From positions 1 to 64,000 of the IMG/VR virus record IMGVR_UViG_3300034073_002641: a DNA stretch of 64,000 nt; one strand, given 5' to 3'. Position numbers and translations under genes: made by a program. The number at the start of each line of letters is the position of its first letter. Position 1 is the first letter of the stretch. This stretch comes from an uncultured virus (IMG/VR IMGVR_UViG_3300034073_002641) (Duplodnaviria > Heunggongvirae > Uroviricota > Caudoviricetes). Positions 10,101 through 20,666 of the stretch are shown in pieces. The notes under the pieces were generated by a model. The model was not told the origin of the DNA, did no database searches, and saw only the letters and a list, made by a program, of their open reading frames with translations.

Positions 10101-11472
10101 TATGGAAGATTCAAATAAACTTTTTGCAAATACCATTGCTAATGAATTCTCAAAAAGTTCTAAGTCATATCCAGAACAATTCAAGTATATTAGGATGGTT
10201 AATGATGGAGAAATTAAAGAAGATGATAAAATGGATTTAAAAAAAAGAGATATATCTTTAGTAGATATTGAAAGAAAACACAATAAAACACAAGATTCAA
10301 TGGATTATATTGCTTTCTTGGAAAAACAACTAAACAAAGGTGCTAAAATTGAGAAAGAACATACTAGTAGTATTAAAATTGCTATACAGATTGCAAAAGA
10401 CCATCTTTTAGAGGATCCTAAATATTATGTTAAATTAACAAAGATGGAAACTAAGGAAGCAACTGGTTCAGGTTCATCTGGTGGTTATGTTGCACCATTA
10501 TTCCCCAACCTTGAGAATATGAGTGAAGCGTGTTGGAAAGGATATAGGAGAGTTGGTGGAAAAATGAAGAATGGAAAAATGGTTCCAAATTGTGTTCCAA
10601 TAAAGGAGAATAAGTGGACAGAAGTTAATTTTAAGCCTATATTTAATGAAGGGAAGGTGGAAGCCAAGGAAGCAACTACAACTTCATCCACAGGGTCGTA
10701 TGAAGTTCCAGGGATGTGGGCGAAATCTATGAAGAAAAAAGATTGGAGAGGGAAGAGTAAAACACAAATACCAGGAGGGCAATTTGTGCAAGTAAAGAAG
10801 AAGTGTTTAAAATTCCCCTACTGTAACCAGGGGGATATTGGTGCGTTAAAATTAACTGAACAAAATATGAACAAGAGAGAAATTCCAGGCACAGCACAAG
10901 ACCTTATTAGGTCATTACCACAAGATTTAAAGAAGTTACTTTTTGACCAATGGGGTGCAAAACAAACAAGTAAATGGCATCCAGAGGGTAACTCATTAAA
11001 ACATATAATTTTGGTATTAAGGAGAGCATATAACAAATATGGGGATGATCCAAATATGATTATGGCTGCTTTATTTCATGATTTGGGTAAGATGGATACT
11101 TATGCTATTAACCCAAAAACAAATGAACCAACAGCATATGGTCATGATGCAAAATCTGCTGAATATGTGAAACAATATGCTGATTGGATTGAATCATTTG
11201 AGGGGGCAAATGTTGATGTTATTGAATATTTGGTTATTAATCATATGAAAATGAAGCCATCTACCTGGGGTGTTATGAAACAAGCAAAGAAAGACCCTAT
11301 TGAGCAAAATCCAGCATTTGATAAATTAAAAGGATTTGGAACAATTGACATTGGGGGTATTGAGGAGGCGGTTAATTCTCCTTTGAGATTTGATAAAATT
11401 GTGGAAAATGTTGCTAAAAATTGGAATATTAGCAAATCTGATGTAAAAAGAATTATCAGAAATAATAAATGA
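10093..11472 (+). CDS. modular protein with E.EH..DHL.E.P.YY module, CWKGY module and C-terminal HD domain
   Basis: WHPEG..LKH, AALFHDLGK, GHD and H.KM (HD fold). Confidence 0.7.
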   Translation: MHNMEDSNKLFANTIANEFSKSSKSYPEQFKYIRMVNDGEIKEDDKMDLKKRDISLVDIERKHNKTQDSMDYIAFLEKQLNKGAKIEKEHTSSIKIAIQIAKDHLLEDPKYYVKLTKMETKEATGSGSSGGYVAPLFPNLENMSEACWKGYRRVGGKMKNGKMVPNCVPIKENKWTEVNFKPIFNEGKVEAKEATTTSSTGSYEVPGMWAKSMKKKDWRGKSKTQIPGGQFVQVKKKCLKFPYCNQGDIGALKLTEQNMNKREIPGTAQDLIRSLPQDLKKLLFDQWGAKQTSKWHPEGNSLKHIILVLRRAYNKYGDDPNMIMAALFHDLGKMDTYAINPKTNEPTAYGHDAKSAEYVKQYADWIESFEGANVDVIEYLVINHMKMKPSTWGVMKQAKKDPIEQNPAFDKLKGFGTIDIGGIEEAVNSPLRFDKIVENVAKNWNISKSDVKRIIRNNK

Positions 11473-11496
11473 TACTATTTATATAAAAAAGTTATT

Positions 11497-12549
11497 ATGA
11501 ATAAAAATAATATTGATTCAATTGTTAACAAGGTATTGAATGAGGAATTTAGTAAAAGGTCAAACTTGTTATTTGAGAAGAAAGTGAAGAAAAATATAGA
11601 TGAGAAATTGGTTGGTAAACAACATAAGATTGACAAGAACAAAAATGGTAAAATTGATTCTGAAGATTTCAAACTATTGAAGAAAGGTAAGAAAGAAGTT
11701 AAGGAAAAATTGGTTGGTAAGCAACATAAGATTGATAAGAATAAGAATGGCAAGATTGATTCTGAAGATTTCAAACTATTGAAGAAAGGTAAGAAAAATG
11801 TTAAGATGACTGAAGAAAGTCTTATTTCATTTATTGAAGACATCATTAATGAAACAGGTGATATTACATTAAGGGATAAAACTGTTAAGATGACAGAAGA
11901 AGGATTGGTTTCATTTATTAGAAATATAGTTAATGAAGCGGATGGAGATACATTTACAAAAAAACCAAAAAGTCTAACTAATGTTGAAACTCTATTAAAG
12001 AGGTCAAAAAAGGAGAATGATGACAACATGAAAGATGTTGGTAAGAAGATGAAGGAATATATCAAATATGGCTCAAATGGTAAGTATGTTGAGAACCCAG
12101 ATTCTTTCCCCCAATCAAATATGCAATTAAAGAAGTCTGATATTGTTGGTTACCGTATGGATGGTGCAGAAGAAGAGTATGTTGAAAATTTGGGTCGTGG
12201 ACCAGGAATGGAGAACTTAATGTATGATGAGGTGGATCCTAATGAAGAATGGATGAAAGATAATATTGAGGGAAGTTCAAGGACTGGGAATAATCCCAAG
12301 TGGGCAAATGCTGTTGAAACAGATATTAATAAGAAAATGAATACAAAAAGAAAGAATAATTTTTATGGTTCAGAAAAGAAGAGGGCTTATGAAAAATCAC
12401 AAGATGTTCATATTGTTCAGAATGGTGATAAAAGACCTGATTTCATTAAGAAAATGAAGGGTGAGTCTATTGAAAATAATGATGTAGTTTTAAGTGAAGA
12501 GTTTAATAAAATGAAGAAGTTGATTAACTATAATAAAATCACACAGTAA
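11497..12549 (+). CDS. hypothetical protein with duplicated EF-hand-like DKNKNGKIDSEDF motifs
   Basis: Two identical LVGKQHKIDKNKNGKIDSEDFKLLKKGKK blocks; TATTTAT at 11476. Confidence 0.7.
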   Translation: MNKNNIDSIVNKVLNEEFSKRSNLLFEKKVKKNIDEKLVGKQHKIDKNKNGKIDSEDFKLLKKGKKEVKEKLVGKQHKIDKNKNGKIDSEDFKLLKKGKKNVKMTEESLISFIEDIINETGDITLRDKTVKMTEEGLVSFIRNIVNEADGDTFTKKPKSLTNVETLLKRSKKENDDNMKDVGKKMKEYIKYGSNGKYVENPDSFPQSNMQLKKSDIVGYRMDGAEEEYVENLGRGPGMENLMYDEVDPNEEWMKDNIEGSSRTGNNPKWANAVETDINKKMNTKRKNNFYGSEKKRAYEKSQDVHIVQNGDKRPDFIKKMKGESIENNDVVLSEEFNKMKKLINYNKITQ

Positions 12550-12619
12550 TTTAAAGTTTGTAACATAATATATACAATTATATTTTTTTTGTGTTAAAAT
12601 TCTCCATAGATGTTAGTTT

Positions 12620-13087
12620 ATGGAGAATTTTTTTAAATGGTTGGCTGTGCCAATACCAAAGGATGAACTGGAAACCTATTTTAATATGAATAATATTAAT
12701 AGGGAGAAAGTTGATTTATTTTCTGATGTGTTAGTTTCATTAAACAACACAATAATAAAAACATATTTGGGGGATAGTGAGAATAACACATTAGCAATTG
12801 ATTATTCTGATGATGATAAAGAGAAACATTTTAACTGGTGTTGGGTAAAAACTATTGATTCTTTTAAAAAAGAAAATATCATTTTAAATGAAGATGGTGA
12901 TCATTACAAGTATTTGAAGATTTTCTATTTTGATATATTCTATAATAGAGTTGATGGTATAAATCACTTGGCAATAAAATCATTCATAAAAGAATTGTTT
13001 GATATTGAAGGGACATATAGTAAAGCTGATTTGCAGATATTAACAGAGATATATAAACTACTTGATAAAAATTTAGTAATAAAATAA
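12620..13087 (+). CDS. hypothetical protein
   Basis: 155-aa ORF. Confidence 0.6.
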   Translation: MENFFKWLAVPIPKDELETYFNMNNINREKVDLFSDVLVSLNNTIIKTYLGDSENNTLAIDYSDDDKEKHFNWCWVKTIDSFKKENIILNEDGDHYKYLKIFYFDIFYNRVDGINHLAIKSFIKELFDIEGTYSKADLQILTEIYKLLDKNLVIK

Positions 13088-13099
13088 AATTTAAATAAA

Positions 13100-13288
13100 A
13101 TGGAAACGATTCAAAAAATCAAACAATTAATGGATTTGTTTTATTCTGATGCTGATAGATTCTATCGCAAGGGGAATAAAAGTGCAGGGACAAGGGCAAG
13201 AAAAACAGCACAAGAAATAAAGGCACTTTTACAGGAGAGCAGACTTGATATAGTTAAACAGAGAAAAACAACTAAAGAAAGTGAATAA
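13100..13288 (+). CDS. histone H1-like (Hc1 family) small basic protein
   Basis: KGNKSAGTRARK..QEIK.L...R motif. Confidence 0.75.
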   Translation: METIQKIKQLMDLFYSDADRFYRKGNKSAGTRARKTAQEIKALLQESRLDIVKQRKTTKESE

Positions 13289-13475
13289 TTATTTGCCAAT
13301 ATTCTATTTTTTGTTTATATTTTCTATTCTGGTAGTGATTAGTTTTACTACTAGAATAGTACTTTTACTTTTTGGTGATGCCTCTTATATTGAAAAAAAT
13401 AAACTTACAACATATGAGAAAATATATTTTGGTATTGCTTTAAGTTTTATAATAACTTTTATTAAATTTTCATAA
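13281..13475 (+). CDS. small two-helix membrane protein
   Basis: Two hydrophobic segments. Confidence 0.5.
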   Translation: MNNYLPIFYFLFIFSILVVISFTTRIVLLLFGDASYIEKNKLTTYEKIYFGIALSFIITFIKFS

Positions 13476-13478
13476 AAA

Positions 13479-13952
13479 ATGAGTTTATTTAAAAATATAC
13501 AAGAATTTGATTCATATTTATCCTCTATTAGGGTTGCAGATAAATTTGTATTCATTGATTTGGTTTTTCCCAAGACTTGGTTAATTCCCCAAGCATATAT
13601 GAAAGATAAGTTTGTTGTGACATTTGCCATTAAGAATGATGCAGATAGCACTGGAATAACTTTTGTTATTGAGGCTGATGAGGAAAAGTTTAATATTGGT
13701 ATTGAAAAAATATTTAAAATAATCAGAGACAATAAAGAGATTGAACAGAAGAGCATTTTACTTAACAAGAATATTGATATATTAAAAGTTCTTTTCAATC
13801 AAAATAAACTTGATGATTTAAGCAAATTAGAATTTTTACTTCCAAAAAATGAATTAAAAAATGGAAAAGGAGAAAATGTTGAAAATCCTAGAAGCAGAAA
13901 GAAACAGGGATTACCAGGAGTTGGAGCATCAGAAGATGAAGTTCATCAATGA
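13479..13952 (+). CDS. hypothetical protein
   Basis: 157-aa ORF. Confidence 0.6.
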   Translation: MSLFKNIQEFDSYLSSIRVADKFVFIDLVFPKTWLIPQAYMKDKFVVTFAIKNDADSTGITFVIEADEEKFNIGIEKIFKIIRDNKEIEQKSILLNKNIDILKVLFNQNKLDDLSKLEFLLPKNELKNGKGENVENPRSRKKQGLPGVGASEDEVHQ

Positions 13953-14033
13953 TTTAAAGAAAATAAAAAAGGAAGACATAGTTAAACCCAAGAATAATAA
14001 ACTGGGATTTTTTGCTAAATTAAAACTATTATT

Positions 14034-14258
14034 ATGGGGGAAGTAGAGAAGTTGGCTTTAATAACTGAAGCATTAGAACAATTTGCACCTAATTCAAAAA
14101 TACTTGTTGCTTTTGAATTAGGTAAAAAAGAATTTGATGACCTTTTTAGAAAATTAAATACAAAATCTGATAAAATATTTTTGAGTGATAATGGTAGAAT
14201 TACTGTTGATATATCTGGAATTAATTTCCATTTTGTTTCCGAGGAGGTTGAGTTGTAA
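14034..14258 (+). CDS. hypothetical protein
   Basis: 74-aa ORF within the operon. Confidence 0.5.
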   Translation: MGEVEKLALITEALEQFAPNSKILVAFELGKKEFDDLFRKLNTKSDKIFLSDNGRITVDISGINFHFVSEEVEL

Positions 14259-14877
14259 ATTTTCTATATAGTAATGCTGGGTCAAAGCCATGACTAACTA
14301 GTAAATCATACATATATTTCTTTTGGGACAAACTTGTGCTTTTAAGAACCATACAAGATAAGTTATTTGTTTCAGTTAAATAGACAGATAAACTATCCAG
14401 GAATCTTAAAGCCTCATCTTCATCTTTCAAGGAAAACAAGTAGAATTTATCATCATTTTGTACTACAATTTTATGATTTAAAATGCAAATTACTTTAAGC
14501 CCCGGGACAGATAAATACTTTTTGTCAAATTCATTTATGGTTATCTTTTTATTCTGTTGAATATCAAATATGGTTTCTTCAACCTTATACATATTTATAG
14601 CAACAAAGAATAAATCATTTTCATTATTGATGAATACTCTTTGATTCCTACCCAACTCATCTTTAAGGTACATTGGAATGTCTAATTCCCTGATGGAAGA
14701 TATTAACCCTAATTCAAAACTACATATTTCAGCATTTTGAACCTTCTTTTCAAAAAAAACTTTATTTGATTTATCCATCATTTTGTTATAAGCTATTAAT
14801 GCTTTTTTCTTAGTGATGAATTTCTTGATAATTCGTTTTTTTTGCTTATTTTTAAATAGAACAATAAAATAATTCAT
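14221..14877 (-). CDS. hypothetical protein
   Basis: 218-aa minus-strand ORF, divergent from dnaJ. Confidence 0.6.
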   Translation of the reverse strand: MNYFIVLFKNKQKKRIIKKFITKKKALIAYNKMMDKSNKVFFEKKVQNAEICSFELGLISSIRELDIPMYLKDELGRNQRVFINNENDLFFVAINMYKVEETIFDIQQNKKITINEFDKKYLSVPGLKVICILNHKIVVQNDDKFYLFSLKDEDEALRFLDSLSVYLTETNNLSCMVLKSTSLSQKKYMYDLLVSHGFDPALLYRKFTTQPPRKQNGN

Positions 14878-14878
14878 A

Positions 14879-15775
14879 ATGTTAAAAGATTATTACAAAA
14901 TTTTAGAAATTGAAGAGAATTTCACAGAAGATGTGTTAAAAAAAAAATATAGAGAACTTTCCAAGAAATATCATCCAGACATAAATCCAAGTGGTGGTGA
15001 TAAGTTTAAAGATATCAGTGAGGCTTATGATATATTATCTGATGCAAATAAACGGAGACAGTATGATATGGAGAGGAAAGGTGGACATAATATGAATGAT
15101 ATATTTGCTAACTTCTTTAATCAGTCAAATAGGCAACATAGACCCCCAGATAAGGTAATATCTTTAAAATTAAATCCAATTGAGATATATAAGGGTGCAG
15201 TAAAAGATATTGTTTACAACAGAAATATTCCTTGTGATGAATGTAAAGGATCATGTGGAACTAAAAAGACTTGTGAAACTTGTAATGGTGGGGGTTTTAT
15301 CATAAATAGGTTTGGTTCAGGTTTTTTTGTTCAACAGGTGCAGACTACTTGCCCTACTTGTACAGGAACAGGACAGATGATTATTGATAAGTGTTATAAA
15401 TGTAATGGAATTGGGGTTAAGAGTGAAATGAATCAAGTTACAATAGAAGTTCCAAGAACTGCAGATAATGGCCAATTTCTAAAGATGCATAAATTGGGAG
15501 ATTTTGATAAATATGATTTTGGGGATTTGGTTTTAAGAATTGAAGTTATTGATTCTGATGGATTCTCAAAAGTGGGGAATGATTTGGTTTATACTCATTT
15601 CCTTAATGATAGTCAGATATGTGATGATAAGTATATTGTACCCCACCCTAATGGAGATTTATCAATAAGGGCATTAGATGTGTTTGATACAAGCAAACCA
15701 TTAAGAATTAAGGATAAGGGTTATCCTGGGGGTGACTTCTATGTTAAGTTAGAGGTTAAGTTTAAAAGAGAGTGA
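14879..15775 (+). CDS. dnaJ: DnaJ chaperone
   Basis: J domain with HPD; four CxxCxG zinc-finger repeats. Confidence 0.92.
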   Translation: MLKDYYKILEIEENFTEDVLKKKYRELSKKYHPDINPSGGDKFKDISEAYDILSDANKRRQYDMERKGGHNMNDIFANFFNQSNRQHRPPDKVISLKLNPIEIYKGAVKDIVYNRNIPCDECKGSCGTKKTCETCNGGGFIINRFGSGFFVQQVQTTCPTCTGTGQMIIDKCYKCNGIGVKSEMNQVTIEVPRTADNGQFLKMHKLGDFDKYDFGDLVLRIEVIDSDGFSKVGNDLVYTHFLNDSQICDDKYIVPHPNGDLSIRALDVFDTSKPLRIKDKGYPGGDFYVKLEVKFKRE

Positions 15776-15964
15776 TAAGATGTTTTATTAGCAATATGGC
15801 AACATATATGCCAGATCCTAGTAGATATAGGCTTAATATTGTGATGGGTGTTTCATAGGAAAGTTTCTTTGATTTACAATTATCACATTTTTTTAGATTT
15901 AGCATTGTTTTTTTTCTTTTAATAATATGTATAATTATGAAATTGTGAATTTAAAATACTTTCT

Positions 15965-16240
15965 ATGACAAATGTTAATGTTGAGATTTATTTATCCGAG
16001 GTTATTTCTTTTTTTGAGAAGAATGAGGAGGAGTTAAAGAAATTGGTTAAGTTGGATAAAAAACAATTATTTTTTGATAAACTGCGTAAATTTAGTTACT
16101 TTAATTTTGATAAAGGTGAAGATTATGTGTTAACCAAGCAACAAATTATTGATATTTGTGTTTTGGTTAATAAGGGGCATGAACCTTATTCTAGTGTCAA
16201 ATATTTTGATGGACCTTTGGGAAAAATAAATTTGAATTAG
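15965..16240 (+). CDS. hypothetical protein
   Basis: 91-aa ORF. Confidence 0.55.
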   Translation: MTNVNVEIYLSEVISFFEKNEEELKKLVKLDKKQLFFDKLRKFSYFNFDKGEDYVLTKQQIIDICVLVNKGHEPYSSVKYFDGPLGKINLN

Positions 16241-16309
16241 ATTTGGAAATTAATTTGGAACCATATATCTTTGCAACATCAAATTAACCAAAAAGAAAAA
16301 ACAAAAAAT

Positions 16310-17062
16310 ATGAACACATCACTAAATCTTGAAGTATTAAAGACATCAGTTCCAGCCATCTTTGCAGAAGGTCCAGATCCTAAAATGTCTAATAGATACA
16401 ACTTTGCCAATTCAAGAGCAATCTTGGAGAACTTGGTAGGTAGTGGTTGGCAGATAAACTCTGCAAAGCAAGTTGGGGACTCCCAATACTCTGCACACCA
16501 AGTCATTTTAAGACACAATGATTTTCATAATGTGGGTGATGTTCTTCCACAGATTATGTTCAACAATTCCCACAATGGGACATCTAAAATGGACATTTCA
16601 ATGGGAATTTATAGACTAGTGTGTTCTAATGGGTTGGTAGTTCCAACATCAGTGGCTAATACAATTTCCATGAAACATGTGGATTTAAGCACAGACTTCA
16701 CAGAGGTGATGACAAATGATTTCTTCTCAAAAATCCCAGTAATCTTTAATAGAATGGGTGAGATGCAGGAGAGAGTATTGGGTCAGAGAGAGATTGAAGA
16801 GTTTGCACAAAGAGCCATTGACATTCGTTTTGACAAGGCTGCCAATAAGGTAGATTTTGAGCAAGTATTAAGACCTTACAGAGAGGAAGATAAGTCAAAT
16901 GACCTCTGGACAATCTTCAATGTGCTTCAAGAGAAAGTAATTAAAGGTGGGGTTAAGTTCCAGAACACCAATAGAAGGTCAAAACCAATTGTCAATTTCA
17001 TCAATGACAACAAGTTAAACACCCAACTATGGGAAATTGCTGAAGAGTACTTAGTGGTGTAA
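16310..17062 (+). CDS. DUF932/DUF945-family protein
   Basis: NSHNG.S, GIYRLVCSNGLV, R.ED..NDLW.IFN.LQE; promoter at 16242-16273. Confidence 0.8.
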   Translation: MNTSLNLEVLKTSVPAIFAEGPDPKMSNRYNFANSRAILENLVGSGWQINSAKQVGDSQYSAHQVILRHNDFHNVGDVLPQIMFNNSHNGTSKMDISMGIYRLVCSNGLVVPTSVANTISMKHVDLSTDFTEVMTNDFFSKIPVIFNRMGEMQERVLGQREIEEFAQRAIDIRFDKAANKVDFEQVLRPYREEDKSNDLWTIFNVLQEKVIKGGVKFQNTNRRSKPIVNFINDNKLNTQLWEIAEEYLVV

Positions 17063-17066
17063 TAAT

Positions 17067-17102
17067 AACCCCCTACTTCTTAATTGAGGTGGGGGGGTTT
17101 TT
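17067..17102 (+). terminator. intrinsic terminator
   Basis: AACCCCCTACTTC...GAGGTGGGGGGGTT followed by a T run. Confidence 0.7.
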
Positions 17103-17118
17103 AATTTAAAAAATTATT

Positions 17119-17403
17119 ATGGAATTTTTAAAAAAATTTAAAGAAAAGTTGGCTTATGATTTATCCAAAATAGAATTAAGCAGCCAACACAAAAGAAATA
17201 GTTTTAGTGGTGATATATTATATATTAGTGCAACTGAAAAACTAATTGATATTCCAACAGAAATTGTTTATTTAACAAAAAATGGATTTATTATTCATTT
17301 AATAAATTGTTTTGATGATAAATATATTGTAACAATTTACTTCAAACCATCACAATTGGATGAGGTTAAATTTTACATAAATAGTTTAAATAAAAAGTTA
17401 TGA
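17119..17403 (+). CDS. hypothetical protein
   Basis: 94-aa ORF. Confidence 0.55.
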   Translation: MEFLKKFKEKLAYDLSKIELSSQHKRNSFSGDILYISATEKLIDIPTEIVYLTKNGFIIHLINCFDDKYIVTIYFKPSQLDEVKFYINSLNKKL

Positions 17404-17684
17404 ATTATGAATTAGTTATTTATACAATGGAAGGATGTTCCCATTGTATAGAATTTAAGAAGTTATTAGAACAGGAGAATATCACTTATCATGATCGAGA
17501 TATTGACAAATATCATGAGGAGTATGATATGTATAGTAAGATAACCAAAACTGAATTTGTTCCATCAGTTATGTTAATTACAGATGCAAATTCACCAAAA
17601 GAAAAAACACATTTTTTTGCACCAACAAAAGAATATGAAACAATATTTGAAGCCCTAGATTTGGTAAAGAAAACAATACTATAA
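17400..17684 (+). CDS. glutaredoxin/thioredoxin-fold protein
   Basis: IYTMEGCSHC and VP motif. Confidence 0.85.
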   Translation: MNYELVIYTMEGCSHCIEFKKLLEQENITYHDRDIDKYHEEYDMYSKITKTEFVPSVMLITDANSPKEKTHFFAPTKEYETIFEALDLVKKTIL

Positions 17685-17685
17685 T

Positions 17686-17717
17686 AAAAATGGGGGATAT
17701 TGAATCCCCCATTTTTA
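17686..17717. terminator. bidirectional terminator between convergent genes
   Basis: AAAAATGGGGGAT...ATCCCCCATTTTT. Confidence 0.8.
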
Positions 17718-18404
17718 TCACATCACAATAAAGTCCTTATATAATTTTTTAATTTTTGGGGATTCTCTTGTGATTTTTAGTGATTCATTGTAGATATCAT
17801 ATTTGTTAATATCCATATTAGTGATTGATTCAATATCAAACACATCTAGTATTGCTGATTTAATAAAGTCGTGTTTTAATGGGGAGAGATTGTGGCTTAT
17901 GTTGATAATATCATCATCAACCTCATTACAATTCATTTCAATATCAAGCCATTTGATATAACCTAGTTTAAAGACGTTGTAAGCAATGTTTTTAAGTTTA
18001 TATAACAAACTCCTACCTTGGAGGAAAGAATAGCCGTGGGGGAATGTGGATGTGGTTGTATAGGATTTTATGGTGTCATTTATTTCATCTTTTGGGTATA
18101 AGCAATTTTCTGTGTTATAGAACTTATATTTTAGTTTTTGAGTGGGGGTTAATTTTGCACCATAGTTAATTAAGTCAATTGTTCTTAAGATTTTGTCTTC
18201 ACCCAGGAATGTTTTAAATTTTGAATTAAATTCATCAACAGTTTCATTTATGTTTAGGACTATTAGACTATTGCTATCACCATTTATTGTATAGAAGTTT
18301 GAGCAATCAGTAATCTGGATTTTAGTGTTGGTATCCAGACCAATCTTTTCAAGAATAAAATCAGAAAATAAATTACAGATTATAGTTTTCTTTTTAATGT
18401 TCAT
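17718..18404 (-). CDS. hypothetical protein, weakly resembling S-adenosylmethionine synthetase segments
   Basis: ICNLFSDFIL N-terminus and PHGYS..QGR; start taken at MNIKKK. Confidence 0.4.
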   Translation of the reverse strand: MNIKKKTIICNLFSDFILEKIGLDTNTKIQITDCSNFYTINGDSNSLIVLNINETVDEFNSKFKTFLGEDKILRTIDLINYGAKLTPTQKLKYKFYNTENCLYPKDEINDTIKSYTTTSTFPHGYSFLQGRSLLYKLKNIAYNVFKLGYIKWLDIEMNCNEVDDDIINISHNLSPLKHDFIKSAILDVFDIESITNMDINKYDIYNESLKITRESPKIKKLYKDFIVM

Positions 18405-18483
18405 ATTATTTTTTTGATAAACATATAAATAATATTTTACAATATAAATAAAAAAAGGGGCAATAAACCCCTTTTTCTGCAAT

Positions 18484-18621
18484 TTAGCCTTTTGTTTTCT
18501 GTGCTGTGTAGTATTTTTCAACTGTTTTCTTTATCTTATCTTTCAAGTTTTCTTGCTCTTGAGAGGAAGATGCAGAAGATTGCACACTTTCATTTGTTTT
18601 AGATTTACAACCACATCCCAT
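18484..18621 (-). CDS. small MGCGC peptide (45 aa, not in the ORF track)
   Basis: MGCGCKSKTNES...; TATTTAT upstream on the minus strand; terminator at 18451-18476. Confidence 0.55.
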   Translation of the reverse strand: MGCGCKSKTNESVQSSASSSQEQENLKDKIKKTVEKYYTAQKTKG

Positions 18622-18716
18622 AATTTTATATTTATATATAAATATATAGATATTTATAAAAATAATAAAGGATATTTTGATTTCTACATTTTAGAAATTA
18701 TATTAAAAAAAAGAAG

Positions 18717-19436
18717 ATGATGATGATGAATGAAAAACTTAATTCTGAGTGGGTGTTTAGACGTCCTATTGATTTTGAATACAATAAATACATTGCTCTA
18801 AACTATATAAAGAGTTCAGAGGGTAGATTAAATGAATTAAAGATATATCCTGATTTACATGACATAACATTAAACTTAATCAATATTGCTTCCATAGGTA
18901 AGGATAATAAAATTGTTTCATTAACCAGGCAGTTAAATGAATATGATGATGAGATTGAACTTGGGGATTTTAGATATGATGAAGTTCCTAAACTAATGGT
19001 TAAGGATAAGAGTGAAGTTAGTAGAACAATTAATTTTACATACCCAAAATTTCTTGATTTATTTAATTTTGCCAAATCAATTTGGACTTTAGCTTTTGAG
19101 AATATTGATGTTAAATTAAAAAAAAATAAATCAGCAATAAGTTCAACAGGTTATTTCTATTATTTTGACAAAACAAAAAAATTATTATATATTTATTCGT
19201 TTGAAGTTCTTCTCAATGATGGAAAGTATAGCACAAGCAGTTCATTCAATGAAATTTATTGTGGTGATTATGATAAGATATCTATGATTAAGGTTTTTGA
19301 TAAACTTAAAGAAAAAGGATATGATACAAATAAACAGGTTTATGAAATTACATCTACACAAGACTTTCCAGTAAGAGAAACCATATTACCAATTGCAAAA
19401 CGTAAAATAATCTTTAAAAATATTGATAAATTATGA
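18717..19436 (+). CDS. hypothetical protein (PIDFEY.KY motif)
   Basis: 239-aa ORF. Confidence 0.6.
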   Translation: MMMMNEKLNSEWVFRRPIDFEYNKYIALNYIKSSEGRLNELKIYPDLHDITLNLINIASIGKDNKIVSLTRQLNEYDDEIELGDFRYDEVPKLMVKDKSEVSRTINFTYPKFLDLFNFAKSIWTLAFENIDVKLKKNKSAISSTGYFYYFDKTKKLLYIYSFEVLLNDGKYSTSSSFNEIYCGDYDKISMIKVFDKLKEKGYDTNKQVYEITSTQDFPVRETILPIAKRKIIFKNIDKL

Positions 19437-19675
19437 TAACAAACAAAGAAATGGTTTCACACCCAGACCATTATAAATTTGGGGAAGATAACACATATGA
19501 GGTTTATAAAGTATGTGAGGCTTGGGGTTTGGATAAAGATGCCTATTTATTCAATGTTGTTAAATATGTTGCAAGATCCGGCAGGAAAAATCCAGACAAG
19601 GAAATTGAAGATTTAAAAAAAGCAATAGAATATCTTGAGTTTAAGATAAATAAATTGTCAGGAACAAGTATTTAA
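19433..19675 (+). CDS. DUF3310 (SaV-like) protein
   Basis: V.HP.HY, NVVKYV.R.G.K, EDLKKA..YL. Confidence 0.8.
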   Translation: MITNKEMVSHPDHYKFGEDNTYEVYKVCEAWGLDKDAYLFNVVKYVARSGRKNPDKEIEDLKKAIEYLEFKINKLSGTSI

Positions 19676-19692
19676 TATTAAAACATAGTTAT

Positions 19693-20295
19693 ATGGAAAA
19701 AAGGAAAGTAAAAAATGTTATACTACAAGAAAGTAGTTTATCAAGAGTTTGGAAATATGTTCAGGATGATTCAGCATCTTTTGGCGTGATTTCTCCATTT
19801 AGAAAATACTTATCTAGGGTTGAAAATTTAGAAAGGTATAAAGAATTAAAATCTTTTGTTAGAAATAATCTTAAATTAGGTTATATTGAATTAGAAGGTG
19901 GTTTTAAAGAAGAAGGTGATTGGATAAATGAAAAAACACTTTTTATACCAAACATAAGTAAAGAACGCTTACTTTTCTTGGGGGAGTATTATGATCAGTA
20001 TTCAGTTATATATAAAGATAGTAATGAGTTTGTTGAAATTGGAACTAATGATGCATCAGGTATGGGTAAGGTTATAAATAGTTTCACAAAAAAAGGCTGG
20101 GATAAAAATATGGAAATAGATACTGATTTAACAAAAGAGTTTTTCTCTAAATTAGCAAAGGGTAGTCATAGAGATAAAAAGTTTCTATATAGTATGGATG
20201 AAAGTTTTTTATATGAAATAGATGAAAAAACATTTAATGATATGTATAGAGAAGCCCGTGGAGGTGGAGAAAGAAGATTAATAAAATTATTATAA
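19693..20295 (+). CDS. hypothetical protein (LQE-SSLSR type)
   Basis: ESSLSR, GVISPFR, GY..L.G.F.E, Y.Q.SV. Confidence 0.6.
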   Translation: MEKRKVKNVILQESSLSRVWKYVQDDSASFGVISPFRKYLSRVENLERYKELKSFVRNNLKLGYIELEGGFKEEGDWINEKTLFIPNISKERLLFLGEYYDQYSVIYKDSNEFVEIGTNDASGMGKVINSFTKKGWDKNMEIDTDLTKEFFSKLAKGSHRDKKFLYSMDESFLYEIDEKTFNDMYREARGGGERRLIKLL

Positions 20296-20296
20296 T

Positions 20297-20665
20297 ATGA
20301 ATGAAGAGATTATATTAGAACTAGTTAGCACTCAAATTCAGTTTAGGTTCTTGCATTGGCAAACAAAATCATATGCAAAGCACCAGGCTTATGGTGCTTT
20401 TTATGAAAATCTGGATGATTTGATTGATAAGTATGTTGAAGTTTGTATGGGTAAGCATGGTCGTCCTGAGTTTGGGGGTGATTTCTCAATGGAGTTTAAA
20501 GATATTGAGGGATTTTCAATGCAGGAGTATCTGGATGATTTTACAGAGTTTTTGATGAGTTTATCAGAAAAATTAACAGAAGGAGAAGACACTGATTTGC
20601 TAAATATCAGAGATGAAATTTTGGCAGAAGTGAATAAAATGAAATATTTATTAACACTTAATTAA
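20297..20665 (+). CDS. ferritin/Dps-like protein (DUF5856-like)
   Basis: LHWQT.SYA.H.A, Y..L..LID..VE, LLNIRDE. Confidence 0.75.
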   Translation: MNEEIILELVSTQIQFRFLHWQTKSYAKHQAYGAFYENLDDLIDKYVEVCMGKHGRPEFGGDFSMEFKDIEGFSMQEYLDDFTEFLMSLSEKLTEGEDTDLLNIRDEILAEVNKMKYLLTLN

Positions 20666-20666
20666 G

